The notes beneath the pieces were generated by a model that was given only the letters and a program-made list of their open reading frames with translations, was not told the origin of the DNA and made no database searches. 64,000 bases of DNA from Octopus vulgaris (lineage: Eukaryota), in contig OX597818.1 of NCBI GenBank assembly GCA_951406725.2, positions 89,900,001 through 89,964,000 on the forward strand, read 5' to 3'. Both the position numbers and the translations under genes were made by a program. This document shows positions 1 through 12,816 of the stretch, piece by piece. The first letter of the stretch is position 1; every line of letters starts with the position of its first letter.

Positions 1-238
1 AATTGAACCAATATGAACGAAAGTGAATAATCTATTACCTTTATTCTAGCACTCTACGGCTTTAGCTATTTTCACAGCTCTTGAAGCTGATAGTTGCTAC
101 CTAAAATATACAAGCAGTGAAAACGTAGAAATATGATGTCGATGGTGGAGCGTTTGAATTTCATCTATTACTTTCACGTATTGTTTTCATTTTAATATCT
201 CTGTTTCACTAAATGCCTAATTTTCTTCTTTGTCACAG

Positions 239-311
239 TATAATTTCGTAACTCCATTAACATCAATGGTTGTCGCCAACTCAAAAGTAAAAGAACATTT
301 TTTTGATGAAG
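239..311 (+). CDS. ITIH: ITIH-like gene, internal exon (phase 0-1), YNFVTPLTSMVVANSKVKEHFFDE
   Basis: Acceptor tttgtcacag, donor G|gtaatt. YNFVTPLTSMVV matches the hallmark ITIH motif (L)SLxYxFVTPLTSMVV that follows the VWA domain. Upstream exons lie outside the window. Confidence 0.9.
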
Positions 312-406
312 GTAATTTTTTTTCATTCATACCATTTTAAACTATTTTCATAAACTTCTTGTTGAAAGGAATTAGCCATGATCGTTTATCTCATAAAACC
401 TAAAAG

Positions 407-580
407 TACGAGGGGATGCTGAAAAGTTCCTGGATTTTAAGGGTGTCGTGAAAGGCCTGGCTGGGGCCCCATCATAACGAGTTCTTTTACAGGGCTTAGG
501 AAAACTGAAGGACCGCTGCAATAAGTGTGTGAATCTGAGAGGGGAATATGTTGAATGAATAATTTCAGCAGCCCCTCGTA
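407..580 (+). mobile_element. Mariner-derived MITE (TACGAGGG termini)
   Basis: tacgaggggatgctgaaa ... tttcagcagcccctcgta. Interior encodes a mariner transposase C-terminus, QGLGKLKDRCNKCVNLRGEYVE*. Confidence 0.75.
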
Positions 581-1555
581 TCTTCATTCTACTTTATATC
601 ATATCGTATCCCCTATTGCCATGATCTTCAGCTAGATATAAAATGTGCAGATATGCATGATAATTTGGAAAATTAGGCGCTAGAGTAAAGTTCCTTCCCG
701 AGTCATACCGACTTATAAGGGTTTCTAATATTGCGAGAAAAGATCTTGTAATAGTTTTTACAAGATCTCATAAAATTATTTGCTTTTTGTTTAAGTAACT
801 CCTGAAGTTTCTGCGTGAGGCAAAGCATCTCTGATATTTATTTCACATTTTCTGCTTACTTCTCTTATTCTAGCATCTTAATGTTCTCCAAAAAATATAT
901 TATTACAACCCATTTCGGAGCTGTTGCTCAGCCTTAGTATTTTTATTTATATTCTTTGCACTATAAAAAGTCTGACCGAAGTATTTTCCTATCTCTTTTC
1001 TTAATGACAGTACATAACTACTCCGTCCACATCTCAACGATCTATTTCAGTAAATCTGTCTTCATCACTTCAACTATTAACTGCAAAAAGCTGTGACTAA
1101 CGATGGAGAGATAGGCAACTTATTAAAACAGTTCTTTATTCTTCCCATAGTTTTCCTTTTTGTGTTCGCTGTTCTTCTTTAATCAAACTTCTCTGAGGTG
1201 AGAAAGTATTATAATTGATAGTAAGATATAATTACATTGTACGTGCTATGCAATATCGCAATGACTAATTTCATAATTTATTGTGACAATACATAATATT
1301 ACATTAATTGTACTTTAGACTGATCCAGCAAATATTTTCATCTAATTAATATCTTAGTCTGTATCATACTGTATACCCCAAATAAGGAAAACCTGTATTT
1401 ATGTAATTGTTTTAAAATTTATGTTTTCCCATTAAAACTGATACCTCTGCTGGCACAGTTTTCACTATATTACTATGATTTCATACTATAAATTTTATTT
1501 TCAGATTAACCATTATTATTTCAATTGTCAACAATGTATTTCTCTTCCTTTGTAG

Positions 1556-1576
1556 AAACAAAACAAATTCCGCGAC
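1556..1576 (+). CDS. ITIH: ITIH-like gene, 21-nt microexon (phase 1-1), (E)TKQIPR
   Basis: tctcttcctttgtag|AAACAAAACAAATTCCGCGAC|gtaagt: strong sites, frame-preserving. Confidence 0.7.
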
Positions 1577-2181
1577 GTAAGTATATTCACATTTGACTTG
1601 TTTAAAATAACAATACTCTATGAACTCTTGCTTTCATAATCCATTTCAAGTCATGCATGAAATAAACAACTTTTGTTTTTTATTCTGTAGCTTTGATTTT
1701 TTATTCCGAGTATTACTAGTAATGTCATTTTGATTGAGCACAAAACCATTTATTTTATATAGAAGTGATACAGAATATCGAAGCGACTCTAGTATATTAC
1801 TTGTACTTATTTTATCGAGCCTATGAAGATATAAGGTGATACCTCCACAATGAACTCGGCTGAGACCCCAGAACCATTTCACTCGTGGTTTATAGTCCCG
1901 CAAATCGGCATTGTGCGAATACTGAAGCAGAACATAGACGAGCTGACTATTCTTCGTATGCTTTGCATAATGCAAGATGCTAGCGGCTCACATGAGGCCG
2001 TATCTGTAGAGTTTATTCCTAACAAGCACTCTTGGTAAAGGACTTTAAGAAATTGTTCATAATCCTTGAAAGTCCTCTAAAAGAGATGACAGAGATAACA
2101 CCGTCGTCGAAACTCTGAAATTTTCCCGTGTCAACCATATTCTCTAGTAACCCTCTAAGAATACGCGGGCTGACGTCCCCT

Positions 2182-2223
<42 letters not shown>

Positions 2224-2259
2224 ATAATAATAATAATAATAATAATTATAATAATAATA

Positions 2260-2763
2260 ATACTTGCACTGGAACATATGCCGTCAGTATGATATTCCAC
2301 ACCCTAGGAACTGGTATGAACACCATCCAGAGCCAGTCACTGAGGGAGAGAATGTTACCATTCTATGAGATTATGAAATACATTCAGACAGGCATATAAA
2401 TGATAACAAAGCTGATATCGTCATCAAAAACCTAAAACAAGAAACATACCTGTTAATTCATATCACAGTACCTACTGATAGAAACATCTCAACAAAAGAA
2501 TTTGAAAAGCTGTCGAAATATAAGGACCTTGAGATTGAGATATCTAGGACGTGTCAATTAAAAGCCAAAACTATCCCTGTTGTAGTAGGTGCCCTGGAAA
2601 TGATCAAGAAAGGCACTGACAAATTTTTTTTTACCAGATCTCTGGGAAACCAACAGTCTATGAAACTCAAGAAGTTTCTCTCCATCTAATATATACGTGC
2701 CTTAGGTCTCTGCTTGAGGCCCAATCAGAACACGAAATAAAATGCAATTCAATCGGAAAATGG

Positions 2764-2765
<2 letters not shown>
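2260..2765 (+). mobile_element. R4/Dong-type LINE 3' fragment (restriction-like endonuclease) inside (TAA)n
   Basis: Decayed DIVIKN...ITVPTDRNISTKEFEKLSKYKDLEIEISR...IPVVVGAL, bounded by (AAT)n tracts. Confidence 0.75.
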
Positions 2766-2806
<41 letters not shown>

Positions 2807-2879
2807 GTCTCAAATCTTTGCACAAGGCCAGCAAGTTCGGGGGAGAGCTACGTTGATTACATCAACCCCAGTTTACGTC

Positions 2880-4400
2880 TGATCAAACTGTAGCGCGTAC
2901 TTTTCCGCTTTCTGGGAAGGGACGCGTTCCACTGGTCAAGTGCTCCATTTGTTGTCAACACCCGCTGAATGTAGGACTGGACATGGGCTGAAGTTACGAC
3001 ATCTCCAGCACTTCCTTGACGATGAGCACATGTGGTCACCTTTTGTTAGACTCGCTCTTCCGCAGCTCGTCTCTTTGACAGTTGCAGTTCTGGATCAAGC
3101 GTAGACAGGTACTCACAGCCCCCTGAAAGCCGGTCAATGTGGTCAGTGGAAGTTCCACTTGGGCATTTTATTGAGAGTTAGTGGCGAACAATGTGAAGGC
3201 GCATGACTCAGTGGTTAAAGCGTCGAGATTACGATCGTGAGGTTGTGAGCTCGAATCCCGGACCGGGCTGCGTGTTGTGTTCTTGAGCAAGACACTTTAT
3301 TTCACGTTGCTCCAGTTAACTCAGCTGTAGAAATGAGTTGCGACGCCACGGGTGCCAAGCTGTATCGGCCCTTGCCTTTCCCTTGGATAACACTGGTGGC
3401 GTGGAGAGGAGAGGCCGGTATGCATGGGCGACTGCTGGTCTTCCATAAACAACTTTGCCCGGACTTGTGCCTGGGAGGGTAACTTTCTAGGTGCAATTCC
3501 ATGGTCAGTGTCGTGACCGAAGGGGGTCCCGATCGAGTGGCGAACAAGTGCACGATGAGAATCAACTGGCCCATAGATAATTTTCAGAAATTCATGGCTT
3601 GTCAGTACTACCAGGTAAATAAACTCCACAGGCATGAAAGCGCCGTCAGCCAGGCTTGCCCGAAATGCACGCAGAGCGACAAAACTCTTCTGTATGGTTT
3701 CGTTTAATGTCCAAGCATTGCTTACTCGTGGGTTTATGTCGAACACCTGTTATCATGTGTAAGGCAGATGCGGCTATCAGCAGATTCCATTGTGAAGATC
3801 GTCTCGCCGCCTTCTTCTGGTCAGTGTGAGGGGAGGGGGCAGATACTGCTTATTTCTTTGGTGACCTTAGCGAATGAGGTTGCATGGTGGACCAGATTGA
3901 AAAGGCTGAAGACAGATACTCTCCTCTTTGGCTAAGAGCTCATCAGCTTCTTCAAGTTGCACTTGAAAAGGAAGGTGAGGTTAGAGAGGAAAGTGTTGCT
4001 TCCAGGCAATTTTATTGTAAGGTGGGTGAACGTTTGCAAGAATGATCTGCGCGAGCGGACCCACTCTAAGCATGCGCCTGTAGATTGAAGGAAGATGATG
4101 TGGAGAAGGCAGTTGATAAAGCCTTCATCGACTTTATCAAGTCTCACTTAGAATAAAAAGTAAGGGTGGAGAAGGTAATGCTGCTCTCTGTATTTTTGTT
4201 GAATGGTAAGTAAATGTGGTGGGTACAGTCCATGTGGATGGTCCTACTCTGAGCAAGCAACTGCAGACATGAGGGATTGAAGAGGAGAATATTACCTGCC
4301 TGAAGTGCCCTTGGCAATCAGGATGTCAAGGATATATGGGTTTCCTTCATTTCCCTAGGTTCCTGCTCCCCACTTTTGGTGATTTTTTTCTTCTTTAATA
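2880..4400 (+). mobile_element. Decayed L1/Tx1-like LINE 3' fragment, interrupted by a SINE
   Basis: ACPKCTQSDKTLLYGFV*CPSIA resembles a zinc knuckle. A second copy lies at ~35190-35900 on the minus strand. Confidence 0.55.
3192..3535 (+). mobile_element. tRNA-derived SINE, family A, with 12-bp TSD
   Basis: A/B-box-like head. TSD agtggcgaacaa at 3180-3191 and 3536-3547. Near-identical copies at ~15131-15468 and ~58711-59051. Confidence 0.85.
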
Positions 4401-4595
4401 TCTAATTGTTAATTGTTATTGTTTCATTGTTCACGTGTGTTTCTACGGGACTCCCCATAATCTAAAATTCTAAGTCGAACTTATAAAAACAGTTTAAATC
4501 TAATGAATATTCTTTAGATTTACGTTAACATAAATATCTATATATTTGATTGATATTTACATATCTTCATAATACTTTTTTTTTTATTTTTTCAG

Positions 4596-4610
4596 ATCAT
4601 GTGCGATTTA
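4596..4610 (+). CDS. ITIH: ITIH-like gene, 15-nt microexon (phase 1-1), (H)HVRF
   Basis: Long polypyrimidine tract, ttcag|ATCATGTGCGATTTA|gtaagt. Flanks are homologous to those of the 5882 microexon. Confidence 0.7.
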
Positions 4611-5881
4611 GTAAGTAGATAATTACTTCATATCAAATTCACATTTATAATTTTGCATTTAATAAATGTCTTATTTATAGATTTATATGTAAAATAAGAA
4701 TCATTTCATTCTAAAGACACACCTGCATCTAGAGTCCATGTAATGGAAATAAAATTCGGTGTGTTTTAGAAGAAAATCAGAAATTCTTGACAAAATATCT
4801 TCATTGGTTTAAGTTTTATCGTGAGAATAAAAGCAAATGTCTTTAAAAGTAAAAAGAAAGAATGCAATCTTTTATGTGTGTTTATTGGCAGTAAGTAAAT
4901 ATTATTCTTTGTAGAATAAAGGCTAGAGAATGTATTTAGAACCACATGTTTGCGCAGATGGAGATATTGAGTTCCCCAAGCTGTTACCACTGCTGATATT
5001 TTCTTTAAATCAAAATACATTACATTCATTTTAATTTATCGATATCCTGGACCTCTGGTCCTTGCTCATGACGAAACAGATATTAATACAGGGTTGAAAC
5101 AAGATACGTGTTTATTCGGATTTGAGTTTGCCGGCTGACAACAATAGTAATGGAATGTAAATGCGCCAAACGAAAGCTGCATTCCTTGTTATTCGATGGT
5201 TGTTCTGTATTGATAGGAAGATTTTCCTATGAAGCCATTTGCCTCACCCAAAGTCATTAGGTGTGCTGACTGTTTTGTTTTTTTTAAGAAGAAAAAAAAA
5301 CCTCGAAAAAACGATCTTTGATAATTATTCTGCTTCTGTTTCAAGGTTTATTACTCCGCCACGTTCTCGTTGGTAACCTGTGAAATCCAGTAATTTACAC
5401 GTCATCCAAATTAGATAATATACTGTTCATTTGTTTTTTTTTTTTTCTTTAAGAAAACGAATTAAGAATCGTGTTTTTAAAACTAAGTTAAAGAAAAAAT
5501 AAAATAATCTTTATATTTTTAACGGCTTCTTCAACAAATGCACCCTTTTTAAACGTTTTATTTGTAACTGTCAACAGTATTTTTCATGGTGGACCATATA
5601 GAAGTGGTGACTGCTCTGTTGTTGGACGGTTTATTCTAGCATTCATAGGCCACTTTTTACATTTGTTTGGTTATCTGAGTAAACTACAATATATATCGTA
5701 CCCACACAGCATCATGCACTATATTTGTACGTTGATATATTTCGATATATGTGAAGTAAATATTTTTATATTTAATACTCTCAAAACTATATGAAAAAAA
5801 TCTATTATTTTTAGACATACGTTAACATAATTTTATATTTGATATGTTCATAACAATATAAAATCTTCATTGCTTTTTCAG

Positions 5882-5896
5882 AACCCCACAGAGTAG
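5882..5896 (+). CDS. ITIH: ITIH-like gene, 15-nt microexon (phase 1-1), (K)PHRV
   Basis: ttgctttttcag|AACCCCACAGAGTAG|gtaagt, frame-preserving. Confidence 0.72.
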   Translation, partial: NPTE

Positions 5897-6135
5897 GTAA
5901 GTAGACTCTCTCTTCATACCATTTATTTTATGTATATGATAAACTAAAGCAAGGCAATCTTGAGAGACGCACTCGTATCTAGACTGTTTAGTTGAAAGAA
6001 AGCTGACCATTTTACTCAAATAAGTTTTCGGTGGTTCTTTGGAAAGAATGAAATTTAAATTAAAAAGTTTTTATGGAGATGAAAATATTTTTTTATGACT
6101 AGTAAAAATACATAATTGTATAAATGTATGCGTAC

Positions 6136-6452
<317 letters not shown>

Positions 6453-7202
6453 AAGTAGAGGCTAATACCAAGCTCCTGTTTAATGGTTATTCCCCAAAAT
6501 GCTTTTAACTAACTATACAGATTTTTAAAAATTTCTCTTAATATTTACTAACAAATGGTTAACAGAGAAGACCTGCTCTATCCAATTTAAGTTACGTTTT
6601 GTCATTATTTTGTCTTTTTGAGGGTGGAAATGCTTCGTTATTTTACTTGTCCATATAAAGCATCATAAATATCTGAACACCTGTTTCATTAATATTGATT
6701 TCTTCATTAAAAAATTGTAGAAAATCTCTTAAACGCAAAAATTACGTAATATTTGGTCTTTTGGTAATGCTTGTTCTATTTTACCATATAATCCCGATTC
6801 AAGATTAGTTATTTTATTCAGACACAGCTAATATCGATCTAATATTAATGTAGCGGCTTTTTTTTTGTTTACTGCTATTCAACCAAATTTGGTTAAACTG
6901 TTTTTAATAGCTAAAATATGAATAACTTATCAAATATAATATTTTAACTAAGGACATAATTATATTCCAAACAATTTTTACAAATTCTATTATGAAACAA
7001 AAATATCACAAGAGCATATTGTAGTATCTTATATTGTACACGTTTCAATCATTAGTCTACTGCTATGCTGGGGCACCACCTTGAATAATTTTTAGTCGAA
7101 TGAATCGACCCCAGAATTTAATATTTCTTTTTAAGTCTAGTATTTATTTTATCGGCCTCTTTTGCTGAGCCACTAAGTTGCGGGGAGATAGACACACCAA
7201 CA

Positions 7203-7866
7203 GAGCGTGATTGTGCCGACAATGTTTTATGGTGCAGATACGTGGAGGATGAAAGATGTGGAAAGGGGGCAACTAGATGTGTTTGAGATGAGATTTCTGA
7301 GGGCTATGGTTGGTGTGCCACGGATGGACAGAATGAGGAGGTACGAAGATGAGCCGGAATGAAAGAAAAACTAACAACTAAATTGGATAGAGGGAATTTG
7401 AGGCGGTTTGGCCACATGGAGAGGATGGATGAGGAGCGGATGGTAAGAAGGGTGATGAAGGCTGAAGTGGTAGGCAACAGAACTAGAGGCAAGCCTCGGT
7501 TTGTGTGGATGGATGGAGTGAGGAAAGCTTTGGTGGTTAGAGGTGTTGGAGTGAGAGGCAAGAGAGTTTATAAATGACAGGAAAGCTTGGAGAGTGTTTG
7601 TGGATAGATGAGTGAATTTTGATGTTGCTCAAAGGGGTACAGAACCAGTATGGTGTGGCGGGGGTAAACCTGGGTATGCTGTCGGGCCTCACTGCTGATA
7701 TTGGAGGTTTACGTTCTATGCCTTGAGCCGAGCATAGAACTGGGCTCGCCCCATTGAGTTTGGGAAATGAACGGAATGCCTGCTGTGTGTCTTGCTGTGG
7801 CTACCCCTTCCAAAAAAAATGGGGAATAGGCCTGGATATATGATATGATGTGGTGTGATATGATAT
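7203..7866 (+). mobile_element. RTE-clade LINE 3' fragment inserted into a SINE remnant
   Basis: PTMFYGADTW...FEMRFLR...LRRFGHMERMDEER...RTRGKPRFVWMDGV is a typical RTE RT C-terminus. Short (GATAT)-type tail. Confidence 0.85.
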
Positions 7867-7928
7867 TTTAGATTTCAGATATATTTTTGCAATTTTTTAA
7901 TATAATTTGAATTTAAATATTATATTAG

Positions 7929-8018
7929 CCACAACACCGCCAGTGACTGTTCCCCGATCAACTAGAGCCCCACGAAGAACTCCACGAAAACCAGTGCCAA
8001 TCCTTCCACATATTCCTG
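7929..8018 (+). CDS. ITIH: ITIH-like gene, 90-nt Pro/Thr/Arg-rich exon (phase 1-1), (A)TTPPVTVPRSTRAPRRTPRKPVPILPHIP
   Basis: tattag acceptor, CTG|gtaaga donor. GC-rich open frame embedded in an AT-rich intron. Confidence 0.8.
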
Positions 8019-8773
8019 GTAAGAAAACACGTTACATTTATTTACTCATTTTTAAAATGATACCTTTTTGCTTTTAAACATGTTCAATTCTTTATCGAGA
8101 TACTCCAACCAATATATTGACACATTTGTAATGAATAAATGTTGTAAAGAGTTGAATATTAAAAATGAGTCAGCAACTTTCATTTCTAAAATTTAAGATG
8201 TAAAATTTAAAATTATTCTTCGCACTCCTTCGTCAATTAATACTGATATATTAAAGAATTTTGTATGTGATTTGTATTGAATGGTGGTAATGCTGTGCGC
8301 TACCATCGACACTATTTTCTTCAAGATTATTTTATCTGTTCACACATTCGACACCCATTAGACAGTTTAGGCTTTTTAAAACAACTGTCCAATGTTAAGC
8401 TCTTAATAAATCTTTTGGGATGGTTTATAACTGTAGCCGTTATCCCAAGATTAATGCGTATCTCTTATGTTATTATTAACGTTTTTGTTTCATAGTAAAG
8501 CTTCATATCGAAATAAGGTATATAGGTATATGGCACAACCAAGATGATCAATTATTTGTTTATAATAAATTATCATAATTTATTTCTAAATATGTTAATG
8601 TATTATAATCAAGGTATTTAGTTATTAGGAAGCTGAATATTCTGTTAGTTAGTTCACCTAAGTTACTAATTAATTAATCATTAAAAAAACTCTTCTACGG
8701 AAATTTACAGTTGATTAACCTATTTTGAAACGAACAGAGAAAACTTTGTATCTTTTCTATATCATTATGGAAT

Positions 8774-8990
8774 AAGGCGGCGAGCTGGCAGAATCGTTAT
8801 CATGTCGGACAATAATGCTTAGCGATATTTCGTCTGTCTTTATGTTCTGAGTTAAAATCCCATCGAGGTCGACTTTGCCTTTCATTCTTTCGAGATCAAT
8901 AAAATAAGTACCAGTTGAATACTGGGGTCGATGTAATCGACTTACCTCCTCCCCAGAAATCCCTGGCCTTGTGCCAAAATTTGAAACCAA
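8774..8990 (+). mobile_element. SINE family D (ggcggcgagctggcagaatcg...gactttgcctttcatcc...)
   Basis: More than 10 copies: ~10000-10213(-), 14825-15018(-), 20160-20390(-), 30557-31020, 36490-36685 (18-bp TSD ataatttagatctaacaa), 42545-42957(-, partial tandem), 55272-55470, 56120-56330, 58015-58198, 61980-62220. Confidence 0.85.
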
Positions 8991-9168
8991 TATTATCATG
9001 GGATATAAATTCCATAATAAATTTGTTTCGTAGCTTTCAGTCCGAGTAACAGAAAAGGGCGGATTCTTTTCTTTCACAAACTTATTAATAGTTCAAATAT
9101 GCTTAGGGTACGTACACATTACTGTTTTGCGTTTCTATTAAGTCTTTTCTTTTAGTATTTCATTAATA

Positions 9169-9572
9169 GGATCTTTTCGGTTTGAACGGCAGTTTTTTCT
9201 AGCGGTGTCATATGAAATTGTCACCCATAATTATGACCCTAGTATCGATCAATATGTTTTAGGGTTAGGGTTGGGGGGGGAAGGGTATTTTTTTTTCTTC
9301 ACAAATGTAAATAAACCCAATCTGTTTCTTAAACGAGGGACATATTCATACGGCACAGAACGTTTTTTTTTATCTCAATAGACGTCAGTGATTGGTTGAA
9401 ATTGCAGAAATTGAAGAAAAAAACAACAAATATCTTACAAACTATAGAATTTTCTCAATAAAGCCAAGAGAAAAAGATGTTTTATAAACACATTCTACCA
9501 GTATACGAAGTTTAAAATTTTTTAGTTACCTAGAAATTATGTTAAAAACTGCCGTTCAAACCGAAAAGATCC
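9169..9572. mobile_element. Non-autonomous DNA transposon (MITE), 29-bp perfect TIR, 8-bp TSD, Merlin-like
   Basis: TIR GGATCTTTTCGGTTTGAACGGCAGTTTTT at both ends. TSD cattaata at 9161-9168 and 9573-9580. Confidence 0.85.
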
Positions 9573-9729
9573 CATTAATAAGTATGCGTACCACCATATG
9601 TGTATGAGTGTAGCTGTGATTTACTCAGTGAAAATACATGAATATATTTAATTTACATTCACATATTTTATTAATAGAAAACTGCTACGTTTGGAAATCA
9701 TTTCTATTTGTTTTATTTTGTATTTGTAG

Positions 9730-9834
9730 CCATTTTACTAAAGCCATTAAATTGCGAGGCAGAACTGTGTTTCACTGATAGTATTCAATGCAGAAACCAA
9801 ACTGATATTGTGCTTTTGGCTGACAGAGCAGCAA
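9730..9834 (+). CDS. ITIH: ITIH-like gene, exon starting the C-terminal (ITI_HC_C-like) domain, (A)ILLKPLNCEAELCFTDSIQCRNQTDIVLLADRAA
   Basis: tttgtag acceptor, A|gtaagt donor, 105 nt, phase 1-1. LCF...IVLLAD resembles ITIH LCFNI...LxLVxD. Confidence 0.82.
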
Positions 9835-10575
9835 GTAAGTGATTCACTATTGTATTATATCTATCGAAATATAACTTGCCATTGATATATTTTCCACGAC
9901 AGAATGAAATATTTCATGCATTTTCCGAAAGTTTTGCACAGGATTTTGTTGTTCTATTTGCAATTTATTGAAGAGAGTGGCGTCAAAGTTGTTTAGTATT
10001 GGTTTCAAATTTTGGCACAAGGCCAGCAATTTCGAGGAAGGTAGTAGTCAATTAAATCGACCTCAGTGCTCAATTAGTATTTATTTCATCAATCCTGAAA
10101 GGACGAAAGGCAAAGATGACCTCGGTGGAATTTGAACTCAGGAGGTAAAGAGAGACGAAATGCTGCTAAGCATTCTGCCCGGCATGCTAACGACTCTGCC
10201 AGCTCTCCACCTTCAAATTTTCACAATATTAAGAACTACGTTGTACTCACCTTTAATACTTCATGTGCAATTTAATGGATATTTAAATATGTAATGCTAT
10301 TTATCCAGTATTAATCTATGCAGTGTCACATACCCCAAATCATAACAATGGAACTGCATAAACTATATCGCAGTACCGAAATATATAATATAACATAAGC
10401 TGTATTAAAATACGTGATACCTTATACGATATTATGGCAGAGAATTTGGTAACACATAATGTATGTTCATTTCATTTGCATATATGAGAAAACAAAGACG
10501 ATATGAAAAATATAATTAAGATTTGAATTTTCATAACATACACACTGCTTCCAATTCTAATTTTTCTAAATAAAT

Positions 10576-12379
10576 TCTTATTATAAAAGGCAGATTTTAT
10601 CTGCCTCCTTTGTATCTTATAGAAATCTACAATATAGGATTTCTTCAATTACAATTTACCTAGCATTTTTAAGAGTAGAATGCATCGGGTCGTGCCAGGT
10701 CCACTTTTTAAAATTTCAACCCCAATTAAGCAAAATTTAGAGAAAACTCACATTGTGGTGCATGAGTCAAATGCTTCTCTTAGTGTGGGATACAGCACAC
10801 GCAAACGCACACACACAGTGTGCAACGAATAAAGTGAAAGTAATTCACTTTCTGTAGTGAGTGACTCTTTCACTCTACATTCCCACTTCCTCTTTACACA
10901 CATAGACACGCAAATATATAAATAAAATTGTAAGCTAACGTGTGTGTGTGCGTGTGTGTGAGTGTGTGTGTGTGCGTGTGTGTGCGTGTGTGTGTGTGAG
11001 GGTGCGTGAGTGTGTGACAGGAAAGTTTTTTAGGACGAATATAAGACCTATATCCAAGTAGCAGAAAGATCGCCCAAAAGTGTATATAGATATTTAAATG
11101 TATTTATATATTCATCTATACACAGATGTATGTTTAATGTGTGTGTATATATTTCCATAGAGGTAACCTTTCACTCCATACAAAGTTTTTTAGGACGAAT
11201 ATAAGATCTAAAGTATATACAAGTAGCACAAAGATCGCCCAAAAGTGTATATAGATATATAAATGTATTTATATATTCATCTATGCACACATGTATGTAT
11301 AACGTATGTGTATATATTTCCATAGAGGTAACCATTCACTCCATACAAAGTTTTTTAGGACGAAAATAAGATCTAAAGTTATCTCTAAGAAACAGAAAGA
11401 TCGCCCAAAAGTGTATATAGATATTTAAATGTATTTATATATTCATCTATACACACATGCATGTATAATGTGCGTGTATATATTTCCATAGAGGTAACCA
11501 TTCAATCCATACAAAGTTTTTTAGGACGAAAATATTTATATATAAAAGAAAGGTTGTGTGTCTGTCTACTCCGATTTAGATTCCTAACTACTCCCACATT
11601 TTGCGATGCAGTTTAACCAAAACCGGGTATCTTATAGTCGTGATTCATATCGAGCCCTTCTGGGTATTAGTGCACGTTTACGATGAGTCTATGATTTTAC
11701 AAATAATTTACCATCATTTTTTTCCATTTTAATGCATATTTTTTTTAATAAAGGGAAGTAACTCTCAAACTTCACACCAATATGCGTGCTCATATGCGAC
11801 GTAATATCACATCAGCAGCATTTCCTCACACCCTCCTTGCACTTGGCGAAGGCAAAATACCAGGGGATGAAAATGGTAATATTGCCATCGATTCCATTTG
11901 TACCATTGTTAAGACGCCTTCTGATCTCAGAGATGCAGTGTTCCCAGATCTACAAGCTAATTATCAGAATATGGATTGGATTGGCAAAAAGGCTATACTG
12001 GCCCCGAGGAATAAAACTGTTCACCATATTAATGATGAAATGCTAAAACTCATTCCTGGGGAAGTCTATGTATATCAGTCTATCGATACAACTCCTGACC
12101 CAGAGGACGTCATCAACTATCCAATAGAGGTACTCAATTCCTTTGAGCACCCCGGACTACCACCACACTTTCTCAAACTTTAAGTTGGTGCCCCTATAAT
12201 GCTCATCAGAAATTTGGTTCCCCCAAAACAATGCAATGGCACACGTTTGATCGTTAAGTCCTTATCTCCCACCGTAAGCTTATATCAATATTTGCCTGAA
12301 TAATCATCATAATTCAGTGCAATCATTAACAGTACTTTCAAGCAATTCAGCCCCGAGCAACGCCGGGCAATTCTGCTAG
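10576..12379 (+). mobile_element. Non-autonomous Helitron with PIF1-like helicase fragment
   Basis: 11782-12275 encodes LLALGEG...KAILAPRN...YQSID...NYPIEVLNS...GLPPHFLKL*VGAPIMLIRNL...CNGTRL. 3' hairpin cccgagcaacgccggg then CTAG|t. 5' TC-ttattataaaa. Confidence 0.88.
11021..11531 (+). repeat. Three tandem ~160-166-bp units inside the Helitron
   Basis: aaagttttttaggacga recurs at ~11022, 11182, 11347 and 11513. Confidence 0.9.
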
Positions 12380-12816
12380 TATATAATATTTTTGCGTTAT
12401 ATAAGAATTATAATTTAGGCCTTTAGAATTACAGCTGAAGTTTAGCATTGTCTCTCGAAAAAAATATCTGTATAGGTGTTATGTAAAGAAGTGTTTACTA
12501 CAAAAAAACTTGTAAGGAGATAATCAAACAAACTGTAATCCAATGCAAATTAGATAATTAAGTATGATTCCAAGAGATGAGTTTACGAAGTGTGCTATGG
12601 AGATCCTGATGGTAAGTTATCAGGAACACAAGGAATTGTATTGAGTAGGTTTTAAAGTATCAAAGGATGATATATTCCAAAAGTAATTTGATGATGAAAG
12701 CAAAAAGTAATCAGTATAGGATGAGGATATAGAGATTAAAGTTTTTAATTATATGTGAAATAACATTTATATTCCATTTCATTGGAATGTAATCACACAC
12801 ATTGTAAAATAACTTA

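Noticed and set aside
1646-2300. Overlapping short ORFs in an ITIH intron
   Set aside because: No recognisable motif; probably decayed transposon sequence plus trinucleotide repeats.
3192-3270. tRNA-like heads (also 14227, 15131, 22591, 58711)
   Set aside because: SINE heads continuous with repeat bodies and TSDs, not stand-alone tRNA genes.
9259-9280. TTAGGG repeats as an interstitial telomere
   Set aside because: Only two units, internal to a MITE.
11021-11531. Regularly spaced repeats resembling a CRISPR array
   Set aside because: Whole units are repeated with no unique spacers; eukaryotic Helitron interior; no cas genes.
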